In this document: positions 12,437 to 28,190 of the stretch, one piece after another
Layout: the number at the start of each line of letters is the position of its first letter
How positions within the stretch are numbered: the first letter of the stretch is position 1
Origin: Schmidtea nova
Taxonomy: Eukaryota
Direction of reading: 5' to 3'
Assembly: GCA_044892505.1 (NCBI GenBank)
Contig: CM097882.1
Coordinates: 427,490,001 to 427,554,000 of the forward strand
Length of the DNA: 64,000 nt
Program-made: the position numbers and the translations under genes
Notes under the pieces: generated by a model
Seen by the model: the letters and a program-made list of their open reading frames with translations, nothing else
The model's database searches: none
Told to the model about the DNA's origin: nothing

Positions 12437-14345
12437 GCACAATTTGAAAAGATTGTTAGTTTTCGTAAGAATGGCAAATTACCACCTTTAAAAGATGAAA
12501 CAATATTAATATCTCTACTTCATGAATTAATTTTAAATAACCATATAGATAAGGATATTGTTAATTCACTTTGGCCTCGGGGATCCCAACCTGCTAAATT
12601 ATATGGTCTTCCAAACGTACACAAAGATAATTTACCTATGAGACCTGTATCGTCAATGATTCAAACTTCTTAATATAAGGTTGCGAAGTTTTTAGATAGT
12701 TTGTTGAAACCCTTGATTAAGACTGAATATGAATGTAAAGATAGCTTTGAGTTTGCCTCTTTTATAGTAAATTTAAATAAGAGTATAGATGATGACTTTA
12801 TAGTTTCGTTTGATGTGGTTAGCCTTTTTACAAATGTTCCTTTAATAGAAACGATTGATATTTGTTGAGATTTATGGAGTGTTAACACTTCACTTCATAA
12901 TATTATTGATGTTGTTGCTTTTCGTAAACCTTTGACATTTGCTACTTCTAATGTTCATTTTATCTTTGATAATCAATGGTATAAGCAAATTGATGGCGTT
13001 GCCATGGGCTCACATTTAGCTCCTACACTGGCATCCATTTTTATGTCAAGTTTAGAAAATAAATTTATAAATTGTAGTGTGAATAAACCCTTAGTATATA
13101 CACGTTATGTTGATGACATTTTTCTTGTATTTAAGAATAAAGAACATGTTGAGCCTTTTTTGTATTATATGAGTGATTTGCATAGAAATATTAAATTTAC
13201 TTTTGAAGAAGAAATTAATTCTAAAATATCATTTCTTGATTTGTTGATTGAAAAGAAAGAGAAACATTTTGAAACTGAAAGTTATAGGAAAAGAACAGAT
13301 ACTGGTTTGTAAACATCACCGGAAAGCTTTTGTGATTTTAAATATAGAAGAAATATGATAAAGGGATTGGTTTGTCGTTCTTGGACATTGCCGTCAACTT
13401 ATTGTAAATAGTTTATAAATAGTTTATTAAATTACTTTATTTACTACAGAATAATGGATATTCAAAATGTTTCTTGCAACGAATGGGTAGTGAAACTGTT
13501 GATAAGTAAATTCATAAGTGTAATGTGATTGATGACAAAATTTCGCCTGGTGTTGAATCGTTTAATTACCTTCATAGTGCTCCTTAGATTGAAACAGGTG
13601 ATGTTGTTATAGGAATGAGTGATGATGGTGTTGATTGTAGTAATAATAATGAAATAAATAAAAGTATCTTGAATGATTGCATTGGTTCTGTTATAGTTTT
13701 ACGGTTTTCTAAGGGATTTGTAAATTTAAAAAAATCTATTATAAATTATATTGGAAATTTTAATGTTAAAATAATTTCTGAATCTTGCAAAGTTCGGGAC
13801 ATGTTCAGTAATAAATCTGTGACGCCATTTGGTCTGTGTTCTGGTCTCGTATATCGTTTTACTTGTAATGGGTGTAATGCCACATACATTGGAGAGACTG
13901 TCCATCATCTCTGTACACGGGTTCAAGAACATGCCAGAAAGAGCGGAAAGAGTAACATTATTGAGCATAATAAGACTTGCAAGAAGAGCATTGGTATTTC
14001 TAATTTTAAAATACTTTCTAAGGGTTTTAAAAATTATTATGAGCTTGTGAATTGTGAGGCTTTGATGATAAAATCATTTAATCTAAAAATAAACATACAA
14101 AATGCAATATATACATGCATTTTGAGAGTGTTTAATTAATTTTACTAGGGTAAATTAAAAGTTCAATTGGATTATGCACATGTAATTATGTAATCACTTT
14201 TAAGCGTATAAAAAAGATCAATTTTTATTTTTTGAGATTGTGGAAAGCCTGATGATGACAGCTAAGCTGTTGAAATATATTGCATTAATATATTTAAAAA
14301 AATGGTGTTCTCTTATTTATATGAATAAATTGCCATTTTTATATA
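12437..14345 (+). mobile_element. Penelope-like element family 1, 5'-truncated (RT, GIY-YIG endonuclease, pLTR)
   Basis: RT motifs YGLPNVHK..PMRP, DVVSLFTNVP, QIDGVAMGSHLAP and YTRYVDDIF. Endonuclease motif VYRFTCNGCNATYIGETVHHLCTRVQEH...EALMIK. Multiple stops. Confidence 0.9.
14240..14300 (+). ncRNA. Candidate hammerhead-ribozyme-like motif in a PLE pLTR
   Basis: CTGATGA-t-GACAGC(TAA)GCTGTT-GAA-ATATATT(GCATT)AATATAT. The core boxes and stems II and III are present. Stem I is not convincingly paired and there is an extra T after the first box. Confidence 0.45.
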
Positions 14346-14539
14346 ATAGAATAATAATAGATAATAGATAATAATAATAGATAATTAAAACAAAACATGA
14401 CAACGATTTAATAATTAAGAAACGCTAACAAATTATATTCAACAATAACGCTATCTATTTCGTCCGAATAACAGTCGTCTCCACGCCAATAAATCAGGAT
14501 AATCAATAATAATCCCTTTCAAATTGTATGAAGCTTCTA

Positions 14540-16640
14540 ATACTTTCTAATACCATTAGAATTCTAATTCAGCTGCGCTGACTTTTTGCTTATATAGCAC
14601 ATCACATTTTGTGGTACTTGAAACAAATGTGTTTTTCAACTTTGGTTTTCGCCTTTTTTCCACCACTCTCGTCTTATCGCTGACAGCTGGTGAGATATGT
14701 TTGCGTTTTCATTTTGTTGTTCCGACTTTTTCTTCTACCATTCCTATATTTCTGACAGGCTGTAAAAATATTACTTTCTCTTCGCTTTTTTTGTTATTCG
14801 ATTTCGAAATTCTTTTTGCCATTTGGTACGTTTTATTTAATGACCTTTTTTAGTTATTTATTCAATTTCCTTTGTTTCACTGCCATCTTCTCGTTTCTCA
14901 AGTTTTGTTTTTTTCGTAATTTTAATCGTTACGTCATTTATCCTGTTCATTTTCCCCCAACCATTTTATTTGTTTGTGCCAATATTTATATTATTATTTA
15001 GGTATCCTCGACAATTATAAGAAAAACTCAATTCAAACTTAAACACTAAGTTACTTAAAGACATTCCAAATATCAGTGGAACAAGCAACTTGAGCATTTA
15101 ATTTTGGCTTTAAATATCTAATCAACAATGCCTCACATGTTACTCGTTCGCAATAATTACTCAAACTTTTCGCAAATATTTTAAAATTTGAGATACCAAT
15201 TTTTTTAATGACACATTTCCTAAAATTATTACTTATATTAATAATAAGACATAGTGAGTGCTCGGCACTACTTTGTTTCACGTGGTAACTGTTGCTCACG
15301 TAAAGACACTCATAAATGCGTAATCATCAGCTTTTACATAGGACACAAATTCATAAACATAGAAACTCTATGTGTTTAGCCAGGGAACAGTTAGAGTGAA
15401 TGAAACATATATATTTGTAAACACCAGAGAAATAAATGGTTTTACACAATAAAAAGTAACGAAAGAAATTTGGTGGGAAAAATAAGAGTTTAGCATGTGG
15501 GCATTATAGGGGAAGTGACTCTTTTATAGACCAACAGGATGATCAAGTTTGCAACTCAGTTCAATCACTCAATACAGATTATCGTCTTAATCTCTCAGCT
15601 TTGTGCAAAATTTGGTTTTCATTGTGTTTTATATTTTTTTAATTATTTTTATAAATTTTATTGTATTGTACAGATTTGTCTCAGTCTGTTTTTGTTCTGA
15701 CAAAATGTACTACTTTTATGAATTGTTTTAATTCATTTTATTATGTAAAACCATTTATTTCTTTGGTGTTTACAAATATTAATATGTTTCATTCACTCGG
15801 TTCCCTTAGTAAATACCGAGAGTTATTATGTTTATAAATTTGTGTGCTATGTAAAAACCAATGATTAAGCATTATTGGGCGTCTTTATGCAAGTAAAAGT
15901 TAGCACGTGAAACAAAGTAGTGCCTTGCACTCACCATGTCCTTTTACTATTATTAGTAATAATTTTAGGAAATGTGTTATTAAAAAATAGGTATCTCAAA
16001 ATTTAAAATTAGTGCGAAATGTTTGAGTAATTATTGCGAACGAGTAACATGTGAGGCATTGTTGATTAGATATTTAAAGCCAAAATTTATTGCTCAAGTT
16101 GCTCGTTCCACTGATATTATTATTCTCTTTAAGTAACTAAATGTTTAGGTTTGAATTGGGTTTTTGTTATAATTGTTGAGGATACCTAAATAATAAAATA
16201 AATAATGGCACAAACAAATAAAATGATTGGGAGTAATAAATAGGATAAATGGTGTAATGATAAGCATTACGAAAAAAAGAGGTTTGAAGAACAAAACTTG
16301 GGAAACGAGAAGATGGAAGTGAAACAAAGAAATCAAATAAATAACTAAAAAAGGGCATTAATTAAAAAATAGAGGTAAAAATATTTTCGAAATCGAAAAA
16401 CAAAAAGAAAGTTATAAGTTGAAAGCCTGTCAGAAATATCAAAATGGTAGAGGAAAAAGTCGGAACAACAAAATGAAAACGCAAACATATCTCACCAGCT
16501 GTCAGCGATAAGAGGAGAGTGGTGGAAAAAGGCGAAAAGCAAAGTTGAAAAACACATTTGTTTCAAGTACAACAATATTTGACGCGCTATAAACGCAAAA
16601 ATATCAGCGCAGCTAAATTAGAATTCTAATGGTATTACAA
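14540..16640. mobile_element. Penelope-like element family 2: two inverted GIY-YIG-containing arms (14540-15455 minus, 15725-16640 plus)
   Basis: About 900-bp inverted repeat. Decayed VYKFVC motif and KKIGISNFKIFAKSLSNYCERVTCEALLIRYLKPKLNAQV (ORF 15051..15299). Confidence 0.75.
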
Positions 16641-16845
16641 AGTTGTGTGAAGAAATTGTGTTTTCGAAATATTAACGAGAAAGTGTTATTTAGAAGCTAT
16701 TATCACAATAATCGTTCAAAATTAAACAGTAAATCTTATATTTTCTTTTATTGTTATTTTGCAAAATATATTCATTAATATTTTGAATAATATTTAAATT
16801 AATAATTACATCAAAAAAAACATAATTTTTGAAATTTTATTTCAG

Positions 16846-19800
16846 CTACAAATCCAATCACAACTTCCACCCAACAAACAACAGTCACTCCAATCAGCAC
16901 AACGTCATCTGCTACAACTACCACTCCAACAACAACAGTTCAATCAAATACCACAACTCCAATCACAACTTCCACTCAACAAACAACATTCACTCCAATC
17001 ATCACAACATCAATTGATACAACTACCATTCCATCAACGACAGTTCAATCAACTACCACAACTCCAATCACAACTTCCACACAACAAACAACATTCACTC
17101 CAATCACCACAACGTCATCTGCTACAACTACCACTCCAACAACGACAGTTCAATCAACTACCACCACTCCAATCACAACTTCCACTCAACAAACAACATT
17201 CACTCCAATCATCACAACATCAACTGATACAACTACCATTCCATCAACGACAGTTCAATCAACTACCACCACTCCAATCACAACTTCCACCCAACAAACA
17301 ACATTCACTCCAATCACCACAACGTCATCTGCTACAACTACCACTCCAACAACGACAGTTCAATCAACTACCACCACTCCAATCACAACTTCCACCCAAC
17401 AAACAACATTCACTCCAATCACCACAACGTCATCTGCTACAACTACCACTCCAACAACGACAGTTCAATCAACTACCACCACTCCAATCACAACTTCCAC
17501 CCAACAAACAACAGTCACTCCAATCACCACAACATCATCTGCTATAACTACCACTCCATCAACGACAGTTCAATCAACTTCCACAATTCCAATCACAACT
17601 TCCAGCCAACAAACAACTGTCACACCTATCACCACAACGTCATCTGCTACAACTACTACCCCAACAACAACAGTTCAATCAACTACAACAACTCCAATCA
17701 CAACTTCCACCCAACAAACAACAGTCACTCCAATCACCACAACGCCATCTGCTTCAACTACCACTCCAACAACGACAGTTCAATCTGCTACCACAACTCC
17801 AATCACAACTTCCACCCTACAGACAACAGCCACTCCAATCACCACAACGCCATCTGCTACAACTACCACTCCAACAACGACAGTTCAATCAACTACCACC
17901 ACTCCAATCACAACTTCCACCCAAAAGACAACAGTCACTCCAATCACCACAACGTCATCTGCTACAACTACTACTCCAACAACGACAAATATCTCAACTA
18001 CCACAACTCAAATCACAACTTCCACCCAACAAACAACAGTCACTCCAATCATCACAACATCAATTGATACAACTACCATTCCATCAACGACAGTTCAATC
18101 AATTACCACCACTCCAATCACAACTTCCACCCAACAAACAACAGTCACTCCAATAACCACAACGTCATCTGCTATAACTACCACTCCATCAACGACAGTT
18201 CAATCAACTTCCACAATTCCAATCACAACTTCCACCCAACAAACAACAGTCACTCCGATCACCACAACGTCATCTGCTACAACTACCTCTCCAACAACAA
18301 CAGTTCAATCAAATACCACAACTCCAATCACAACTTCCACACAACAAACAACATTCACTCCAATCACCACAACGTCATCTGCTACAACTACCACTCCAAC
18401 AACGACAGTTCAATCAACTACAACAACTCCAATCACAACTTCCACCCAACAAACAACAGTCACTCCAATCAGCACAACGTCATCTGCTACAACTACCACT
18501 CCAACAACAACAGTTCAATCAAATACCACAACTCCAATCACAACTTCCACTCAACAAACAACATTCACTCCAATCAGCACAACGTCATCTGCTACAACTA
18601 CCACTCCAACAACGACAGTTCAATCTGCTACCACAACTCCAATCACAACTTCCACCCTACAGACAACAGCCACTCCAATCACCACAACGCCATCTGCTAC
18701 AACTACCACTCCAACAACGACAGTTCAATCAACTACCACCACTCCAATCACAACTTCCACCCAAAAGACAACAGTCACTCCAATCACCACAACGTCATCT
18801 GCTACAACTACTACTCCAACAACGACAAATATCTCAACTACCACAACTCAAATCACAACTTCCACCCAACAAACAACAGTCACTCCAATCATCACAACAT
18901 CAATTGATACAACTACCATTCCATCAACGACAGTTCAATCAATTACCACCACTCCAATCACAACTTCCACCCAACAAACAACAGTCACTCCAATAACCAC
19001 AACGTCATCTGCTATAACTACCACTCCATCAACGACAGTTCAATCAACTTCCACAATTCCAATCACAACTTCCACCCAACAAACAACAGTCACTCCAATC
19101 ACCACACCGCCATCTGCTACAACTACCCCGCCAACAACGACAGTTCAATCAACTACTTCAATTCCAATCACAACTTCCAGCCAACAAACAACAGTCACTC
19201 CCATCACCACAACGCCATCTGCTACAACTACCACTCCAACAACGACAGTTCAATCAACTACCACCACTCCAATCACAACTTCCACCCAACAAACAACATT
19301 CACTCCAATCACCACAACGTCATCTGCTACAACTACCACTCCAACAACGACAGTTCAATCAACTACCACCACTCCAATCACAACTTCCACCCAACAAACA
19401 ACAGTCACTCTAATCACCACAACATCATCTGCTATAACTACCACTCCATCAACGACAGTTCAATCAACTTCCACAATTCCAATCACAACTTCCAGCCAAC
19501 AAACAACTGTCACACCTATCACCACAACGTCATCTGCTACAACTACTACCCCAACAACAACAGTTCAATCAACTACCACAACTCCAATCACAACTTCCAC
19601 CCAACAAACAACAGTCACTCCAATCACCACAACGCCATCTGCTTCAACTACCACTCCAACAACGACAGTTCAATCAACTACAACAACTCCAATCACAACT
19701 TCCACCCAACAAACAACAGTCACTCCAATCACCACAACATCATCTGCTATAACTACCACTCCATCAACGACAGTTCAATCAACTTCCACAATTCCAATCA

Positions 19801-22800
19801 CAACTTCCAGCCAACAAACAACAGTCACTCCAATCACCACAACGTCATCTGCTACAACTACTACCCCAACAACAACAGTTCAATCAACTACAACAACTCC
19901 AATCACAACTTCCACCCAACAAACAACAGTCACTCCAATCACCAGAACGCCATCTGCTTCAACTACCACTCCAACAACGACAGTTCAATCTGCTACCACA
20001 ACTCCAATCACAACTTCCACCCTACAGACAACAGCCACTCCAATCACCACAACGCCATCTGCTACAACTACCACTCCAACAACGACAGTTCAATCAACTA
20101 CCACCACTCCAATCACAACTTCCACCCAAAAGACAACAGTCACTCCAATCACCACAACGTCATCTGCTACAACTACTACCCCAACAACAACAGTTCAATC
20201 AACTACAACAACTCCAATCACAACTTCCACCCAACAAACAACAGTCACTCCAATCACCACAACGCCATCTGCTTCAACTACCACTCCAACAACGACAGTT
20301 CAATCTGCTACCACAACTCCAATCACAACTTCCACCCTACAGACAACAGCCACTCCAATCACCACAACGCCATCTGCTACAACTACCACTCCAACAACGA
20401 CAGTTCAATCAACTACCACCACTCCAATCACAACTTCCACCCAAAAGACAACAGTCACTCCAATCACCACAACGTCATCTGCTACAACTACTACTCCAAC
20501 AACGACAAATATCTCAACTACCACAACTCAAATCACAACTTCCACCCAACAAACAACAGTCACTCCAATCATCACAACATCAATTGATACAACTACCATT
20601 CCATCAACGACAGTTCAATCAATTACCACCACTCCAATCACAACTTCCACCCAACAAACAACAGTCACTCCAATAACCACAACGTCATCTGCTATAACTA
20701 CCACTCCATCAACGACAGTTCAATCAACTTCCACAATTCCAATCACAACTTCCACCCAACAAACAACAGTCACTCCAATCACCACACCGCCATCTGCTAC
20801 AACTACCCCGCCAACAACGACAGTTCAATCAACTACTTCAATTCCAATCACAACTTCCAGCCAACAAACAACAGTCACTCCCATCACCACAACGCCATCT
20901 GCTACAACTACCACTCCAACAACGACAGTTCAATCAACTACCACCACTCCAATCACAACTTCCACCCAACAAACAACATTCACTCCAATCACCACAACGT
21001 CATCTGCTACAACTACCACTCCAACAACGGCAGTTCAATCAACTACCACCACTCCAATCACAACTTCCACCCAACAAACAACAGTCACTCCAATCACCAC
21101 AACATCATCTGCTATAACTACCAGTCCATCAACGACAGTTCAATCAACTTCCACAATTCCAATCACAACTTCCAGCCAACAAACAACTGTCACACCTATC
21201 ACCACAACGTCATCTGCTACAACTACTACCCCAACAACAACAGTTCAATCAACTACCACAACTCCAATCACAACTTCCACCCAACAAACAACAGTCACTC
21301 CAATCACCACAACGCCATCTGCTTCAACTACCACTCCAACAACGACAGTTCAATCTGCTACCACAACTCCAATCACAACTTCCACCCAAAAGACAACAGT
21401 CACTCCAATCACCACAACGTCATCTGCTACAACTACTACTCCAACAACGACAAATATCTCAACTACCACAACTCAAATCACAACTTCCACCCAACAAACA
21501 ACAGTCACTCCAATCATCACAACATCAATTGATACAACTACCATTCCATCAACGACAGTTCAATCAATTACCACCACTCCAATCACAACTTCCACCCAAC
21601 AAACAACAGTCACTCCAATCACCACAACGTCATCTGCTATAACTACCAATCCATCAACGACAGTTCAATCAACTTCCACAATTCCAATCACAACTTCCAC
21701 CCTACAAACAACTGTCACTCAAATCACCACAACGCCATCTGCTACAACTACCACTCCAACAACGACAGTTCAATCAACTACCACCACTCCAATCACAACT
21801 TCCACCCAAAAGACAACAGTCACTCCAATCACCACAACGCCATCTGCTTCAACTACCACTCCAACAACGACAGTTCAATCTGCTACCACAACTCCAATCA
21901 CAACTTCCACCCTACAGACAACAGCCACTCCAATCACCACAACGTCATCTGCTACAACTACTACTCCAACAACGACAAATATCTCAACTACCACAACTCC
22001 AATCACAACTTCCACCCAACAAACAACAGTCACTCCAATCATCACAACATCAATTGATACAACTACCATTCCATCAACGACAGTTCAATCAACTACCACC
22101 ACTCCCATCACAACTTCCACCCAACAAACAACAGTCACTCCAATCTCCACTACGCCATCTGCCACAACTACCACTCCAACAACGACAGTTCAATCAACTA
22201 CCACAACTCCAATCACAACTTCCACCCAACAAACAACAGTCACTCCAATCTCCACAACGCCATCTGCTACAACTACCACTCCAACAACGACAGTTCAACC
22301 AACTACGACAACTCCAATCACAACTTCCACCCAACAAACAACAGTCACTCCAATCTCCACTACGCCATCTGCCACAACTACCACTCCAACAACGACAGTT
22401 CGATCAACTACCACAACTCCAATCACTACTTCCACCCAACAAACAACAGTCACTCCAATCTCCACAACGCCATCTGGTACAACTACCACTCCAACAACGA
22501 CAGTTCAACCAACTACGACAACTCCAATCACAACTTCCACCCAACAAACAACAGTCACTCCAATCTCCACAACGCCATCTGCTACAACTACCACTCCAAC
22601 AACGACAGTTCAACCAACTACCACAACTCCAATCACAACTTCCACCCAACAAACAACAGTCACTCCAATCTCCACTACGCCATCTGCCACAACTACCACT
22701 CCAACAACGACAGTTCAATCAACTACCACAACTCCAATCACAACTTCCACCCAAAAGACAACAGTCACTCCAATCACCACAACGTCATCTGCTACAACTA

Positions 22801-25800
22801 CTACTCCAACAACGACAAATATCTCAACTACCACAACTCAAATCACAACTTCCACCCAACAAACAACAGTCACTCCAATCATCACAACATCAATTGATAC
22901 AACTACCATTCCATCAACGACAGTTCAATCAATTACCACCACTCCAATCACAACTTCCACCCAACAAACAACAGTCACTCCAATCACCACAACGTCATCT
23001 GCTATAACTACCAATCCATCAACGACAGTTCAATCAACTTCCACAATTCCAATCACAACTTCCACCCTACAAACAACTGTCACTCAAATCACCACAACGC
23101 CATCTGCTACAACTACCACTCCAACAACGACAGTTCAATCAACTACCACCACTCCAATCACAACTTCCACCCAAAAGACAACAGTCACTCCAATCACCAC
23201 AACGCCATCTGCTTCAACTACCACTCCAACAACGACAGTTCAATCTGCTACCACAACTCCAATCACAACTTCCACCCTACAAACAACAGCCACTCCAATC
23301 ACCACAACGTCATCTGCTACAACTACTACTCCAACAACGACAAATATCTCAACTACCACAACTCCAATCACAACTTCCACCCAACAAACAACAGTCACTC
23401 CAATCATCACAACATCAATTGATACAACTACCATTCCATCAACGACAGTTCAATCAACTACCATCACTCCAATCACAACTTCCACCCAACAAACAACAGT
23501 CACTCCAATCTCCACAACGCCATCTGCTACAACTACCACTCCAACAACGACAGTTCAATCAACTACTTCAATTCCAATCACAACTTCCAGCCAACAAACA
23601 ACAGTCACTCCCATCACCACAACGCCATCTGCTACAACTACCACTCCAACAACGACAGTTCAATCAACTACCACCACTCCAATCACAACTTCCACCCAAC
23701 AAACAACATTCACTCCAATCACCACAACGTCATCTGCTACAACTACCACTCCAACAACGGCAGTTCAATCAACTACCACCACTCCAATCACAACTTCCAC
23801 CCAACAAACAACAGTCACTCCAATCACCACAACATCATCTGCTATAACTACCAGTCCATCAACGACAGTTCAATCAACTTCCACAATTCCAATCACAACT
23901 TCCAGCCAACAAACAACTGTCACACCTATCACCACAACGTCATCTGCTACAACTACTACCCCAACAACAACAGTTCAATCAACTACCACAACTCCAATCA
24001 CAACTTCCACCCAACAAACAACAGTCACTCCAATCACCACAACGCCATCTGCTTCAACTACCACTCCAACAACGACAGTTCAATCTGCTACCACAACTCC
24101 AATCACAACTTCCACCCAAAAGACAACAGTCACTCCAATCACCACAACGTCATCTGCTACAACTACTACTCCAACAACGACAAATATCTCAACTACCACA
24201 ACTCAAATCACAACTTCCACCCAACAAACAACAGTCACTCCAATCATCACAACATCAATTGATACAACTACCATTCCATCAACGACAGTTCAATCAATTA
24301 CCACCACTCCAATCACAACTTCCACCCAACAAACAACAGTCACTCCAATCACCACAACGTCATCTGCTATAACTACCAATCCATCAACGACAGTTCAATC
24401 AACTTCCACAATTCCAATCACAACTTCCACCCTACAAACAACTGTCACTCAAATCACCACAACGCCATCTGCTACAACTACCACTCCAACAACGACAGTT
24501 CAATCAACTACCACCACTCCAATCACAACTTCCACCCAAAAGACAACAGTCACTCCAATCACCACAACGCCATCTGCTTCAACTACCACTCCAACAACGA
24601 CAGTTCAATCTGCTACCACAACTCCAATCACAACTTCCACCCTACAGACAACAGCCACTCCAATCACCACAACGTCATCTGCTACAACTACTACTCCAAC
24701 AACGACAAATATCTCAACTACCACAACTCCAATCACAACTTCCACCCAACAAACAACAGTCACTCCAATCATCACAACATCAATTGATACAACTACCATT
24801 CCATCAACGACAGTTCAATCAACTACCACCACTCCCATCACAACTTCCACCCAACAAACAACAGTCACTCCAATCTCCACTACGCCATCTGCCACAACTA
24901 CCACTCCAACAACGACAGTTCAATCAACTACCACAACTCCAATCACAACTTCCACCCAACAAACAACAGTCACTCCAATCTCCACAACGCCATCTGCTAC
25001 AACTACCACTCCAACAACGACAGTTCAACCAACTACGACAACTCCAATCACAACTTCCACCCAACAAACAACAGTCACTCCAATCTCCACTACGCCATCT
25101 GCCACAACTACCACTCCAACAACGACAGTTCGATCAACTACCACAACTCCAATCACTACTTCCACCCAACAAACAACAGTCACTCCAATCTCCACAACGC
25201 CATCTGGTACAACTACCACTCCAACAACGACAGTTCAACCAACTACGACAACTCCAATCACAACTTCCACCCAACAAACAACAGTCACTCCAATCTCCAC
25301 AACGCCATCTGCTACAACTACCACTCCAACAACGACAGTTCAACCAACTACCACAACTCCAATCACAACTTCCACCCAACAAACAACAGTCACTCCAATC
25401 TCCACTACGCCATCTGCCACAACTACCACTCCAACAACGACAGTTCAATCAACTACCACAACTCCAATCACAACTTCCACCCAAAAGACAACAGTCACTC
25501 CAATCACCACAACGTCATCTGCTACAACTACTACTCCAACAACGACAAATATCTCAACTACCACAACTCAAATCACAACTTCCACCCAACAAACAACAGT
25601 CACTCCAATCATCACAACATCAATTGATACAACTACCATTCCATCAACGACAGTTCAATCAATTACCACCACTCCAATCACAACTTCCACCCAACAAACA
25701 ACAGTCACTCCAATCACCACAACGTCATCTGCTATAACTACCAATCCATCAACGACAGTTCAATCAACTTCCACAATTCCAATCACAACTTCCACCCTAC

Positions 25801-28190
25801 AAACAACTGTCACTCAAATCACCACAACGCCATCTGCTACAACTACCACTCCAACAACGACAGTTCAATCAACTACCACCACTCCAATCACAACTTCCAC
25901 CCAAAAGACAACAGTCACTCCAATCACCACAACGCCATCTGCTTCAACTACCACTCCAACAACGACAGTTCAATCTGCTACCACAACTCCAATCACAACT
26001 TCCACCCTACAAACAACAGCCACTCCAATCACCACAACGTCATCTGCTACAACTACTACTCCAACAACGACAAATATCTCAACTACCACAACTCCAATCA
26101 CAACTTCCACCCAACAAACAACAGTCACTCCAATCATCACAACATCAATTGATACAACTACCATTCCATCAACGACAGTTCAATCAACTACCATCACTCC
26201 AATCACAACTTCCACCCAACAAACAACAGTCACTCCAATCTCCACAACGCCATCTGCTACAACTACCACTCCAACAACGACAGTTCAATCAACTACCACA
26301 ACTCCAATCACTACTTCCACCCAACAAACAACAGTCACTCCAATCTCCACAACGCCATCTGCTACAACTACCACTCCAACAACGACAGTTCAACCAACTA
26401 CGACAACTCCAATCACAACTTCCACCCAACAAACAACAGTCACTCCAATCTCCACTACGCCATCTGCCACAACTACCACTCCAACAACGACAGTTCGATC
26501 AACTACCACAACTCCAATCACTACTTCCACCCAACAAACAACAGTCACTCCAATCTCCACAACGCCATCTGCTACAACTACCACTCCAACAACGACAGTT
26601 CAACCAACTACGACAACTCCAATCACAACTTCCACCGAACAAACAACAGTCACTCCAACCTCCACTACGCCATCTGCCACAACTACCACTCCAACAACGA
26701 CAGTTCAACCAACTACCACAACTCCAATCACAACTTCCACCCAACAAACAACAGTCACTCCAATCTCCACTACGCCATCTGCCACAACTACCACTCCAAC
26801 AACGACAGTTCAATCAACTACCACAACTCCAATCACAACTTCCACCCAACAAACAACAGTCACTCCAATCTCCACAACGCCATCTGCTACAACTACCACT
26901 CCAACAACGACAGTTCAACCAACTACCACAACTCCAATCACAACTTCCACCCAACAAACAACAGTCACTCCAATCTCCACTACGTCATCTGCCACAACTA
27001 CCACTCCAACAACGACAGTTCAATCAACTACCACAACTCCAATCACAACTTCCACCCAACAAACAACAGTCACTCCAATCTCCACTACGTCATCTGCCAC
27101 AACTATTACTCCAACAACGACAGTTCAACCAACTACCACAACTCCAATCACAACTTCCACCCAACAAACAACAGTCACTCCAATCTCCACTACGCCATCT
27201 GCTACAACTACCACTCCAACAACGACAGTTCAATCGACTACGACAACTCCAATCACAACTTCCATCCAACAAACAACAGTCACTCCAATCTCCACTACGT
27301 CATCTGCTACAACTACCTCTCCATCGACCACAGTTCAACCAACTACCACAACTCCAATCACAACTTCCACACAACAAACAACAATCACTCCAATCACCAC
27401 AACGTCATCTGCTACAACTACCACTCCAACAACGACAGTTCAATCAACTACGACAACTCCAATCACAACTTCCATCCAACAAACAACAGTCACTCCAATC
27501 TCCACTACGCCATCTGCTACAACTACCACTCCAACAACGACAGTTCAATCAACTACAACAACTCCAATCACAACTTCCACCCAACAAACAACAGTCACTT
27601 CAATCACCACAACGTCATCTGCTACAACTACCTCTCCATCGACCACAGTTCAACCAACTACCACAACTCCAATCACAACTTCCACCCAACAAACAACAGT
27701 CACTCCAATCTCCACTACGCCATCTGCTACAACTACCACTCCAACAACGACAGTTCAATCAACTACGACAGCTCCAATCACAACTTCCATCCAACAAACA
27801 ACAGTCACTCCAATCTCCACAACGCTATCTGCTACAACTACCACTCCAACAACGACAGTTCAATCAACTACGACAACTCCAATCACAACTTCCATCCAAC
27901 AAACAACAGTCACTCCAATCTCCACTACGCCATCTGCTACAACTACCACTCCAACAACGACAGTTCAATCAACTACGACAACTCCAATCACAACTTCCAC
28001 CCAACAAACAACAGTCACTCCAATCTCCACTACGCCATCTGCCACAACTACCACTCCAACAACGACAGTTCAATCAACTACCACAACTCCAATCACAACT
28101 TCCACCCAACAAACAACAGTCACTCCAATCATCACAACATCAATTGATACAACTACCACTCCATCGACCACAGTTCAATCAACTACCACA
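16846..28190 (+). repeat. 105-bp coding minisatellite array 2 (about 108 units) with higher-order repeats
   Basis: Identical shadow ORFs at 21875/23240/24605/25970 (1,365 bp = 13 units) and 22054/24784 (2,730 bp). An 840-bp offset links 17761 and 18601. Confidence 0.95.

Noticed and set aside
15300-15345. Second CTGATGA...GAAA hammerhead candidate in PLE family 2
   Set aside because: It falls inside decayed GIY-YIG coding sequence (VYKFVC..KTDDY), is not conserved in the other arms, and has no stem II adjacent to GAAA.
438-27272. Cys/Trp-rich (MNCRCWSGSC...) and Val-rich minus-strand ORFs resembling toxins or metallothioneins
   Set aside because: Antisense translations of the mucin repeat, recurring at multiples of 105 bp with no independent gene signals.
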